Below are positions 22,701-30,455 of a DNA stretch of 64,000 nucleotides, piece by piece. This DNA is from a virus (Duplodnaviria; Caudoviricetes). How positions within the stretch are numbered: the stretch's first letter is position 1; each line of letters opens with the position of its first letter. The notes beneath the pieces were generated by a model that saw only the letters and a program-made list of their open reading frames with translations, had not been told where the DNA came from and made no database searches. The position numbers were made by a program, and so were the translations under genes. Location: IMG/VR virus record IMGVR_UViG_3300021403_000007, positions 495-64,494 of that record; one strand, given 5' to 3'.

Positions 22701-25700
22701 ATGAGATGTTAGGTATGTTAGACTTGGGCAGATGGTCCCCAAGTTTGCGTCCTCTTATACGCAACTTAGCTGATAAGTTTAAATCGCTTATTGGTGACAT
22801 GCCTGTTTATTTATTGTCTAACGACGAGATGAAAAAACTAAACCCTGCAAGTGATCGCACTTTTGCTGGGGCTTACGTTACAACACACAATCATATTTAT
22901 TTAAACGATGATATTTTAAATGATCCTCGCTATAATGCGTCTCATACAATAATGCATGAAATACTTCATGCTGTTACTATTCATGCACTTAACAACGACA
23001 AAGGACTAAGCGATCTAGCTTTGCGGTTGTACGCAGAAGTTAAAAACGAACTCGGTGACAGCATACCACAAGGTTTAGGTTATGGACTAACTAACTCTAA
23101 AGAGTTAATGACAGAGCTTTTAACTAATCCCAAATTACAAGATTGGTTAAAACATATACCTATATCACCTGAACTCGCTAAAGACCTGGGTATGCCACGA
23201 TGGCGTAAGGCGACAATGTTCCAAGGGGCACTTGATTGGTTTAGAAAGTTACTAGGGTACGGTCCACGGGATTACTCTTATATCGAGGCTGCGTTGAGCA
23301 TTGGCGAGAAAGCCATGTTCGCGAAAGACCCAACCAGTGAATACTCTTATAGGTTAAGGGCTTCTCAGGTATCTAATAACGAGCTAGGCGAAGGCCCGGT
23401 TCATGCAATGCTGTCTCCAGAGGCGGCAGGAGAAAAGTTCAAACAGGCTGGTAAGGATATACAAGAGGGTCTAAAGGGATTTGGTACTGGGCGTGAAGCT
23501 CCGGCTATGCGAGCTACAAGAATTTATTTACAACAAAAACTCATGGCTCCTGATGAGTGGATGAGGCGCATCGAGAGCGCTTTCTCTCTGCCGGAAAATA
23601 ATTCGTTCAGAAGATATATTAACTCTATGTCGTCCAAAGATGCTGAAGTCAAAAAAGAGCTTAAACTCTCAGATGGGGTTATGAAACATTACACCCAACT
23701 GAGTAATGATGACCCAGAAGAATTTCAAAAACTAGAGGACGTACTATTAAGTTCTTCGCAACATGGCGTACATCCTGATGACCCATTAGGCGTGGGCCGT
23801 AATAAACATATTAAAGTGAACAAAACAAACCCTGAAAACTCTAACCAAGAATACAAAGACGCCATACATAACCACGCTGACGATGCTCTTAAATACAGCG
23901 CGTTAACTCCTGAGAGTAAAGAACTGTTTGGTGATGTCCGTGATGAAATGTCGCGTGAACACAAGGTAGCTCTTGACGAGGGACGCAAAGCTATAACAAA
24001 CTCAATAGAGAAAGAACTACGCACGGGTGACTACCAAGCAGACTACAAAACCGCGGTGCAGAAAGTTATTGACAAAGAAGAACTCGATCACGACGAACAA
24101 AAACTTGTAGAGGGAGACAAGAATGTTGCCCAAATTCGTAACTATGATCGAACCTCTAGACAGGCACTCAAAGGACCGTACTTCCCAACGCGGCAAGAGG
24201 GAACTCACGTTGTTGAGGGTGAACACGACTATAAAATACCCGATGGAGCTAGTCGTGATCCCGATAATCCGAACAAAATAATCTTTAAAACTCGCAAAGA
24301 AGCATGGGACTTTACTCCCAAGACTAAAGATGGTGACGCGCTTGCTACTGATATGAGCAAGAAATATTACTGGCCCCAGCAAGACGGGTCCAAAAAATAC
24401 ACTTCGAGCGAAGACGTGCGGGCTACACCTGACTGGCGTGGCAAGACAACCCCGGAAGAAGAGTATCATGTTGACGTGAACAATAAACACTATGAGTTTG
24501 CTGACAGTGTACGCGAGGGCGAGAAATACCGTAAAGCCATGCAGGATGCTGGTGTCACAAATGTTTCTCAGGTTCTGCCGCGTAAAGAGAATGTCACGTA
24601 CGGTCCTAACGCGCTGAATGTTAAATCGATGCTCGATCATGTCGATAAAATGGCGCAACTATCAGGAAGTGAAAAAGAAGCAAGCAAAGACGCAATCAGG
24701 TATGCAGCGATAGCAGGGCAACGTGGTAACTCTATTAATAAAAACTATCTTAGACGGTATGGTGCTCAGTCTAATCTTGATAGCGTGCGTACTCTTGATA
24801 TGCGCCGCCGTGCTAATGCTAGCTTTGTGGCTATGGCTCGACATAGGCCAGACATTGATGAAGCTCTTGAACACATGCAGAAATTTGCTGACGATAATAA
24901 GCAACACGACGATGCGGGAGAATTACAAGCAGGAGTGAATATTTTTAAAAACCGTGCAGACAATTATCAAAACGATACTATGAACAACATGAAGACTTCT
25001 AAGTTTTGGAATAGCGTATCTACGTTTGCTACTTTAAAATACTTGTTAAGCCCTGCGTTCTTGTTGCGCCACCAAATACATGTGCCTTTGTTCGTGCTTC
25101 CCAAGTTGGCTCAACATATTGGCTGGTGGCCAGCTTTGCGGCAGACGATGAGAATATATAAAGACATGGCAGGGGGATGGCCAGTTATTACTCGCGGAGT
25201 AAAGTCAGGTCTTAAGACTATTTGGGACTATGATAAAGATCCTACCGACTTTATTGACGCTCTTAAACAAGAACGTATGAAGCGTGGTGGGTCTGCTGAA
25301 GAAATGAAGATGATTGATCAATTGTCACAGTGGGATTTGTTACACCATACAGGCATTGACTTTGAGAACGCTTACAGGAGCCAAGGTGCCCTTGGTAAAT
25401 TCCAACGTGGCGCTCGTAACATGGCACAAGAGATCATTGGCAGCGCCGACGGTGTGTCAAGGTTTAACTCTAGTCTGATGTTCTATCGCGCCGCTCGCGA
25501 TACACTTGGTATGGACCACGACAAAGCTACACAGTTTACGGCTGACCGTATCAGGGAAACCCAAGGGCAGTTCTCCAGCTTTAATCGTTTAGAGGTTATG
25601 CGTAACCCCGCCGTTCGTGCCGCTATGCAATTTAAGAGTTTCCCGTTGTTGGTACTTAAAACTATCACCAAGGCAATGTATAACTCTTTAAGGTATGGTG

Positions 25701-26539
25701 CATCTGCTGAAGAACGCTGGCAAGGAGTTAAAACATTAGGTGGTATCACCGCTGCTTCTATGGCGATATCAGGGGTATCAGGTGCGATGCCAGAGCCTAT
25801 AGAAGACCTGATTGACGTAACAGGGTTACTTGGGCTCACCGACAACTGGCCTCAACTCGAAGACAAACTTCGTACCTCGGCGGCAGAGCAAATGTCGCCG
25901 GAGGGTGCTAACATTCTTATGAATGGTCTGGGTGGAGCTTTGGGGATTGATCTGCATCATGTGGGCGGTATTAGCGATATGACGGGGCTGCCTTATATAC
26001 TCTCAAGTCGTAAACCTACAGACGACATGTATAAGTGGCTAGCAGGAGTGCCAGGAAGTATAATGGGGGACGGCTTCACGGGGATGGGTGATTTGCAGGG
26101 TGGCAACATAGAGAACGCTTTACAAATTATGTTGCCCAAGCTAATCACCGATCCAATCAAAGCCTACCAAGAATATACTACGGGAGTAACTACTCAAGCG
26201 GGCAAAACAATATCGGCTCCAGTGAGTGCCCCTGAAGCACTGTTACGCGCGCTTGGGTTCGTAACCACCACTGAGTCATCGGCGCGACAAGCACGCTATA
26301 TCACTGGTGTTGAGCAGGGTGCGCGTCAGGACGCCTCTAAGCAAATCACCCAAATGTGGCAGAGTGGTGACAAGGTGGGTGCGATACAGGCGATGCGGGC
26401 ATACAACGCTCAACATCCTGATCAGCCTATCCGTCCACCCTCTACCAAGCCTGCACGTCCAACGGTGTTAGGGTATCCCGAGACCCCACGTAATCAAGCT
26501 GAACTCGAAGCGAGAGCAAGAGCCTATGGCCTCCAGTAA
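19736..26539 (+). CDS. Large polyvalent ejection protein (inorganic pyrophosphatase-like domain, zincin HExxH, PLxRFG-like region)
   Basis: GNYDKGH..HYGYIRGTVGKDGDHIDTYIGP..FDEHKVFMGF; MHEILH; GPYFPTRQEG. Confidence 0.8.
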   Translation: MPSLSDYLGDDYAQPIGDTQPPEPVARTPEELAEVPSLSDHASYLANVYHNSLAGLHTALGSISDDPTITKQHDQLADQERSKASDAFDDMSLAGREASQSWNKHWMHGALFGLEQMLPGTAAGIAGGLIAGPVGAMAGFGGISASDFAGSTSSAIKQMTPEQLDKLSNSKYSTLTQNGMTDEDARNQIINDSIGPGMLIAGAAGAATAEVPGMGGTLAKRLAIGAATGGAGSAITDLALGVTTGQTPSAADLGSSALSGAVPGMVFGAIGKQHGQRGPDRGKPVDSTTGTGIGSGRIGRAPDKQLKTPGKGDVTPEGNTSTPPAPDILNTEQREALDVTLGSKQETNKKAPAAQSTSPTGSTIQPPVAQPTPTPSKIASEAPRTADTTGPLPPYQEPPKGPPTSLPVDPERPPSVPPPTPLTAQPGSEPTPAPPVRTPSVPVSPQPTAAIPENPKTLQIQEQALAQGKKEVVFYPQGEGYSQSGTKALRDQPNVSVIKWHNKDVAVFRTDGPNNLTSSSLRSAVKEGKLNELLGLGDTTREEASARAATGETPAAVVERTPEGTEARAAAGTTETAPAQTATMEATKLAPENKISIERPVDVIKERLAARAPRILQDISKPREPAAPVFKATQEEVTPGVKHRTIAEKAQIVRSNFTANRIVLLNKPMQREDLSDIYKRAGRMVEQAKARDITIPKELGTHHSAGMAILSEARTLISNKEPSPDAYARFLDREALFRAGKKDEALGIRKAEGAAELGGTETPDIPVETTPESELIAKQENEPPKKFEVVKLKRRTPDKLKALQEQLDARAEKPSPTAAMLEAGNYDKGHIRLEGENVSIETGKGETREPYDVKVKAHYGYIRGTVGKDGDHIDTYIGPKGETGKIFVMNQLTPGVGSFDEHKVFMGFDSKRAALDAYEKSFDDKSAWKREGGIVELNKNQFKDWLDNGDHSQPINEGLEGEHPGQKFETMDLAGKAQTREYNHRSNVNEMLGMLDLGRWSPSLRPLIRNLADKFKSLIGDMPVYLLSNDEMKKLNPASDRTFAGAYVTTHNHIYLNDDILNDPRYNASHTIMHEILHAVTIHALNNDKGLSDLALRLYAEVKNELGDSIPQGLGYGLTNSKELMTELLTNPKLQDWLKHIPISPELAKDLGMPRWRKATMFQGALDWFRKLLGYGPRDYSYIEAALSIGEKAMFAKDPTSEYSYRLRASQVSNNELGEGPVHAMLSPEAAGEKFKQAGKDIQEGLKGFGTGREAPAMRATRIYLQQKLMAPDEWMRRIESAFSLPENNSFRRYINSMSSKDAEVKKELKLSDGVMKHYTQLSNDDPEEFQKLEDVLLSSSQHGVHPDDPLGVGRNKHIKVNKTNPENSNQEYKDAIHNHADDALKYSALTPESKELFGDVRDEMSREHKVALDEGRKAITNSIEKELRTGDYQADYKTAVQKVIDKEELDHDEQKLVEGDKNVAQIRNYDRTSRQALKGPYFPTRQEGTHVVEGEHDYKIPDGASRDPDNPNKIIFKTRKEAWDFTPKTKDGDALATDMSKKYYWPQQDGSKKYTSSEDVRATPDWRGKTTPEEEYHVDVNNKHYEFADSVREGEKYRKAMQDAGVTNVSQVLPRKENVTYGPNALNVKSMLDHVDKMAQLSGSEKEASKDAIRYAAIAGQRGNSINKNYLRRYGAQSNLDSVRTLDMRRRANASFVAMARHRPDIDEALEHMQKFADDNKQHDDAGELQAGVNIFKNRADNYQNDTMNNMKTSKFWNSVSTFATLKYLLSPAFLLRHQIHVPLFVLPKLAQHIGWWPALRQTMRIYKDMAGGWPVITRGVKSGLKTIWDYDKDPTDFIDALKQERMKRGGSAEEMKMIDQLSQWDLLHHTGIDFENAYRSQGALGKFQRGARNMAQEIIGSADGVSRFNSSLMFYRAARDTLGMDHDKATQFTADRIRETQGQFSSFNRLEVMRNPAVRAAMQFKSFPLLVLKTITKAMYNSLRYGASAEERWQGVKTLGGITAASMAISGVSGAMPEPIEDLIDVTGLLGLTDNWPQLEDKLRTSAAEQMSPEGANILMNGLGGALGIDLHHVGGISDMTGLPYILSSRKPTDDMYKWLAGVPGSIMGDGFTGMGDLQGGNIENALQIMLPKLITDPIKAYQEYTTGVTTQAGKTISAPVSAPEALLRALGFVTTTESSARQARYITGVEQGARQDASKQITQMWQSGDKVGAIQAMRAYNAQHPDQPIRPPSTKPARPTVLGYPETPRNQAELEARARAYGLQ

Positions 26540-26792
26540 AAATCCTCCTGAAAAGAGGGATTACAGACATGAGTATGACTCCTACCACGGTAAACCCGAG
26601 CAAATCAAAAAGCGTGCCCAACGCAACGCAGCCCACGCTGCCGTCGAAAAAGCTAGTGGAAAAAATATATCCAGCGACGTTGATCACGGCAGACCAATAC
26701 GGAAGGGCGGTTCTAATAGCCCCGGAAATTTACAGGTCACGTCGGTAGCGAAAAATCGTAGCTGGCGTGCTGGCAAGAAAGGATATGACTGA
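26526..26792 (+). CDS. HNH endonuclease-like protein
   Basis: DVDHGRPIRKGGSNSPGNLQVTSVAKNR. Confidence 0.75.
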   Translation: MASSKNPPEKRDYRHEYDSYHGKPEQIKKRAQRNAAHAAVEKASGKNISSDVDHGRPIRKGGSNSPGNLQVTSVAKNRSWRAGKKGYD

Positions 26793-26938
26793 TGCCTTCT
26801 AAGTTAGTACCCCAGAAGTTTAAAGCTGGCAAACTTCACTCTGGGAGTAAATCTGGGCCAGTGGTTAAAAACCCTAAACAAATGGTTGCGATCATGATGA
26901 GTGAACGCAAAAAGGAACAACAGGGAAGGAAACCCTAA
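26792..26938 (+). CDS. Small basic protein (DUF6496-like), 48 aa
   Basis: Manual translation MPSKLVPQKFKAGKLHSGSKSGPVVKNPKQMVAIMMSERKK...; TGATG overlap with the upstream gene. Confidence 0.7.
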   Translation: MPSKLVPQKFKAGKLHSGSKSGPVVKNPKQMVAIMMSERKKEQQGRKP

Positions 26939-27108
26939 TGCCTAAAGGAATGGTATTCTGGCTTGTCTATATCATCTGTCTTGTGCTTTGGCTCGTTGGA
27001 GCAGGAGGCTTGGCAGGTGCTTACGGCCACTACATCGGGGGTGGAGCGGTTGAGTTCATCCTGTTCTTTTTGTTAGGTTGGGGCATCTTCGGGTTCGCCA
27101 TCACCTGA
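26938..27108 (+). CDS. Small two-TM membrane protein, 56 aa
   Basis: Manual translation MPKGMVFWLVYIICLVLWLVG...FILFFLLGWGIFGFAIT; TAATG overlap. Confidence 0.7.
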   Translation: MPKGMVFWLVYIICLVLWLVGAGGLAGAYGHYIGGGAVEFILFFLLGWGIFGFAIT

Positions 27109-27133
27109 CAGGGTATGTGACAGAATTATGACC

Positions 27134-27162
27134 TTGACAAGTGTTAAGAACTGTGCTAAGGT
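27134..27162 (+). promoter_or_regulatory. Sigma70-like promoter for the Pro-rich/PEP-CTERM cassette
   Basis: TTGACA-N17-TAAGGT. Confidence 0.55.
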
Positions 27163-27211
27163 CTATCTATTGCAAGGGAAATAGTTCTCTTGCATGTCTA
27201 GGAGAGAAGCG

Positions 27212-27874
27212 ATGCCAATGGTAAGAGGCTTCCTGCGCATCATCAAGCGCAGAGACAGATGGGGTCGCCCAGTTGATCCAGATTACGGCATTGACGAGGG
27301 TGATTTGGAAGAAGGTGGTGGAGAAGACGGCGGCGAATATCCTGATCAGGGTCTTCCCGGTCGTCCTCCTGGTTTCTGGGGTGGTGAACGTCCTAGTTTC
27401 CCCGGTCGTCCCGGTCAAGGGTTGCCTCGGCCGCCTCGTCCAACTGATCCCGATTGGGGTCTTGAAGAAGGTGGTGGCATCTGGGGCGGTCCAGGTCGTC
27501 CCCCACGTCCTCCGCATGTATGGCCGCGGCCTCCCGGTGGTGGGCTTCCGGTTGATCCAGGCTGGGGTATCGGTGGCAGGTGGCCGGAACGGCCCAGTCA
27601 CGGTTTGCCAATTTTCCCGTCTATCCCCGGCAAGCCTGACAACTCTCTGCCTCCGGTCGAGGGTGAAGGTCCGCCTCCGACTGATCCGCCTCCGGGCACG
27701 ATCTGGCCGCCGTTGCCTCCTGGTGTTCCAGGTGGTAAGGCAATTGCTCTTGTGGCGATTTCCGGCGTCGGTTATCGCTATGTCGTGATCACCATTCCGC
27801 CGCCGGGGCCTGGACAGGGCTTGCCCCCTTCGCGTCCCGGTGAACCGGAAGTCGATCCTACGCGTCGGCGTTAA
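27212..27874 (+). CDS. Proline/glycine-rich repeat protein
   Basis: VDPDYG/DPGWG and PxQGLP/PDNSLP repeats; SD AGGAGAG before ATG 27212 (track start 27194). Confidence 0.75.
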   Translation: MPMVRGFLRIIKRRDRWGRPVDPDYGIDEGDLEEGGGEDGGEYPDQGLPGRPPGFWGGERPSFPGRPGQGLPRPPRPTDPDWGLEEGGGIWGGPGRPPRPPHVWPRPPGGGLPVDPGWGIGGRWPERPSHGLPIFPSIPGKPDNSLPPVEGEGPPPTDPPPGTIWPPLPPGVPGGKAIALVAISGVGYRYVVITIPPPGPGQGLPPSRPGEPEVDPTRRR

Positions 27875-27893
27875 GTTACTCTCAGAGTAAAGG

Positions 27894-27914
27894 GCGGGGG
27901 GATCGTCCCCCCGT
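27894..27914 (+). terminator. GC-rich hairpin (terminator or mRNA-stabilising stem)
   Basis: GCGGGGGGA-tcg-TCCCCCCGT; weak U-tract. Confidence 0.45.
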
Positions 27915-27939
27915 TCATCTCAAAAATGGAGCTAGTCAC

Positions 27940-28671
27940 ATGAAGAGATTTCTATTGGGTGCAGTTGCCCTTGCAAGTATGGTCACACCCGCCCTTGCTA
28001 CACTACAGCTTTCAATCACTGACGGAACATCAACCTTCTCCTGCCGCGATGGTCAGCTTGGTTGCGATCTCAGCGGTGGAGCAAATAACCTACTGGTGGT
28101 TGACACCACACTCGATGGGTTCTTTGTGCAGGTCACATTGGCCCAATCGACGTTTGGCACCCACAACGTTCTGCAATTGTCTTCTGCTAATATCGAGAAT
28201 AACGGCAGTGCGACGGGGACAATTAGCTTTGTCGCCAGTGACACTAACTTTCATGCCCCTGTTAACACCATCGAGGAAAGCGGATCACTAACGTTTAACA
28301 ACAGTGTCGGTTCAGGCCCGTCAAGTGTTAGCTTTTTTGCTGACCATGCGAACGGGCAGGGTGCAAACCCGCTGAACACACCGGGGTCATTGCTCGACAC
28401 ATTCAGCGATACACCGGTAACTAACCCCGACTCATTCTCTGGCACTCACCTGTCGTCGTTTGTTTCTGGTTCGCCGTTCAGCATGACAGAAAGTGCTTCA
28501 CTCAACCTGATCGCTGGTGGGAGTGTTACTGGTTTCGACCAGTCAATGACGGCTTCGGTTGTACCCGAGACGTCTACGTGGGTGATGATGTTACTGGGCT
28601 TTGTCGGCTTAGGGTTTGCAGGAATGCGGAGAACCCCCGTTCGCTTCCTCGACCGCACCCAACTAGGCTGA
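27940..28671 (+). CDS. PEP-CTERM (PEPxxWA-type) surface-sorted protein
   Basis: N-terminal signal peptide; Ser/Thr-rich body; C-terminal VPETSTWVMMLLGFVGLGFAGMRR. Confidence 0.85.
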   Translation: MKRFLLGAVALASMVTPALATLQLSITDGTSTFSCRDGQLGCDLSGGANNLLVVDTTLDGFFVQVTLAQSTFGTHNVLQLSSANIENNGSATGTISFVASDTNFHAPVNTIEESGSLTFNNSVGSGPSSVSFFADHANGQGANPLNTPGSLLDTFSDTPVTNPDSFSGTHLSSFVSGSPFSMTESASLNLIAGGSVTGFDQSMTASVVPETSTWVMMLLGFVGLGFAGMRRTPVRFLDRTQLG

Positions 28672-28680
28672 CAACAGTGG

Positions 28681-28723
28681 CGGGGAGCCTTTTGGCCGCA
28701 ACCTTTGGCTCCCCGTTACTTTT
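28681..28723 (+). terminator. Rho-independent terminator candidate
   Basis: CGGGGAGCC...GGCTCCCCG followed by ttactttt. Confidence 0.55.
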
Positions 28724-29467
28724 ATGAATGAGCATCAAAAAGCAGCACTGGTCTTACAGTTAAGTTTACTCTTAGAGTATAATGAAATAGACGCGTATTT
28801 ATCGACACTTAAACGCATTGCAGAAATACAAGCATTCAGTGCTACTCGCGGAGTAATGAATTGGGATGACGCTATACGGTGGACAACGGTTGTAGAAGCC
28901 ATAGGTAAAATAGAAAGGGAGATAGAAATGACAGTCCACACACCCGAGGAATGGCGAGCTATACTTGGTAAGATCGCACCCCATGGTAAGCCATGGATAT
29001 TAGACGGTTTTGCCGATGCCTTGCCTGGTATTTGTGAGAAGTTCGATATCACTACCAAAAATCGCCAGTCACATTTTATTGCTCAATGCGCTCATGAGTG
29101 CGACCACTTCAAGACGACTCAAGAGTATGCGAGCGGGCAAGCCTACGAAGGACGCAAAGACCTTGGTAACACACATAGTGGAGACGGTAAGCGTTATAAG
29201 GGGCGCGGGCTTATCCAGCTTACAGGTCGGTTTAACTACGACGCGGCAGGGAAAGCTTTGGGACGAGACTTCATCAACGACCCAGAATTGGTGGAACGAT
29301 TCCCCGCCGCTGCCGACGTATCAGCGTGGTACTGGGACACGCATAAACTTAATCGCCATGCCGACAATGACGATGTTCGTGCCGTCACGAAAGCAATCAA
29401 CGGTGGTTACAATGGCCTTGACAGCCGCATGGCCTACCTTGCAACGGCGAAAAGTGTAATTGCATAA
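28724..29467 (+). CDS. Endolysin, glycoside hydrolase family 19 (alternative start at 28928)
   Basis: FIAQCAHE, GDGKRYKGRGLIQLTGRFNY, INGGYNGLDSR. Confidence 0.9.
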   Translation: MNEHQKAALVLQLSLLLEYNEIDAYLSTLKRIAEIQAFSATRGVMNWDDAIRWTTVVEAIGKIEREIEMTVHTPEEWRAILGKIAPHGKPWILDGFADALPGICEKFDITTKNRQSHFIAQCAHECDHFKTTQEYASGQAYEGRKDLGNTHSGDGKRYKGRGLIQLTGRFNYDAAGKALGRDFINDPELVERFPAAADVSAWYWDTHKLNRHADNDDVRAVTKAINGGYNGLDSRMAYLATAKSVIA

Positions 29468-29769
29468 TGGACCTCACTAACGTACCTAGACCCCCTATCC
29501 CGAAAATAATGGACTACCCTGGCGCAGTTACGGTGGGGTTTGTTGTTATATTTGCTACTATAATGTTATTTGTTACCAATCGTTTCGACAGCACAGGTGG
29601 CACCTTAACGATATCGTTGATTGTGGTGCTAGCGTTTGTTGCTGTTGTAGCGTTCTCTTTGATATTCGCCATCCCGGCAGACGACGAGGTTACTCCCGGA
29701 GTAGTAGGTGGCCTCGTCGCCGCTTTCGGTGCAGTGGTTGCTTATTGGTTAGGCAAGGCCAAAGGCTGA
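29467..29769 (+). CDS. Putative holin (three TM segments)
   Basis: Three hydrophobic stretches and a basic C-terminus, immediately after the endolysin. Confidence 0.65.
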   Translation: MDLTNVPRPPIPKIMDYPGAVTVGFVVIFATIMLFVTNRFDSTGGTLTISLIVVLAFVAVVAFSLIFAIPADDEVTPGVVGGLVAAFGAVVAYWLGKAKG

Positions 29770-30074
29770 TCGCTTAGTTGTAATTCGCTAGGTGTATTAG
29801 TTTCGTAATATTGCCTTAACAACCCAATACCTTTTAAGTGGTCTAATTGATCCTGTGTAATCTGCGGGGCATTATTCTCCCATATTCCACTCAAATCCGG
29901 CAGTGGGATTTCCCGAGCGGGAAGGGGTGCAACCTCAATAGGGTATAGTTTTGACTTGGTGGCACGATTGTACACCCCTCCACAATGTTGTGGTGTTGGG
30001 TAGTTCCACACTCTAAAGCAGTGAGCCTGTACGGGTGTTACTCCTATAGTAAGGACAACGATTGCTCTCCACAT
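29742..30074 (-). CDS. Hypothetical protein with signal-peptide-like N-terminus
   Basis: RBS GGAGAGCAAAATG; last gene of the leftward arm. Confidence 0.65.
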   Translation of the reverse strand: MWRAIVVLTIGVTPVQAHCFRVWNYPTPQHCGGVYNRATKSKLYPIEVAPLPAREIPLPDLSGIWENNAPQITQDQLDHLKGIGLLRQYYETNTPSELQLSDQPLALPNQ

Positions 30075-30083
30075 TTTGCTCTC

Positions 30084-30455
30084 CTAGTGACTACAATCAG
30101 GACATATGTCCCAATTCTTAAACCCATGTGGGCATAAGTTACCAGTATTTAGTGGCTCTTTACCAATTTCTACTCGTTGCGCGTCACGTTGCTTAGGTGT
30201 CATTGGTGGCGCACCCATCATGGTTGTTTCGTAACCTCGCGCTAGTAACCAGTTCATACTCTCAATGATCATTTCGTCAGTGGCACCCAACCATTGCAGA
30301 CGCGCTTTATGCACTGTTGCTAACGGCACTGTGGGATCTACGGGTGGTGGATTACCCGATTTTTCCCACCATAGGCGAGCCTCCCTAGCCCGTGGGTTGC
30401 GGAACAGTGCATCGCGCTCGGCAAACAACGTTTCAAGTTCTTTGTCCATGCTCAA
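30084..30455 (-). CDS. Hypothetical protein (C-terminal CPH..CPDC)
   Basis: Overlaps the primase stop; operon continuity. Confidence 0.65.
   Translation of the reverse strand: MSMDKELETLFAERDALFRNPRAREARLWWEKSGNPPPVDPTVPLATVHKARLQWLGATDEMIIESMNWLLARGYETTMMGAPPMTPKQRDAQRVEIGKEPLNTGNLCPHGFKNWDICPDCSH

Noticed and set aside
24017-24658. Long antisense ORFs (e.g. 24017-24658, 41790-42410, 43212-43916, 49699-50112, 58157-58645)
   Set aside because: Shadows of well-supported genes on the opposite strand, with no RBS or motifs.
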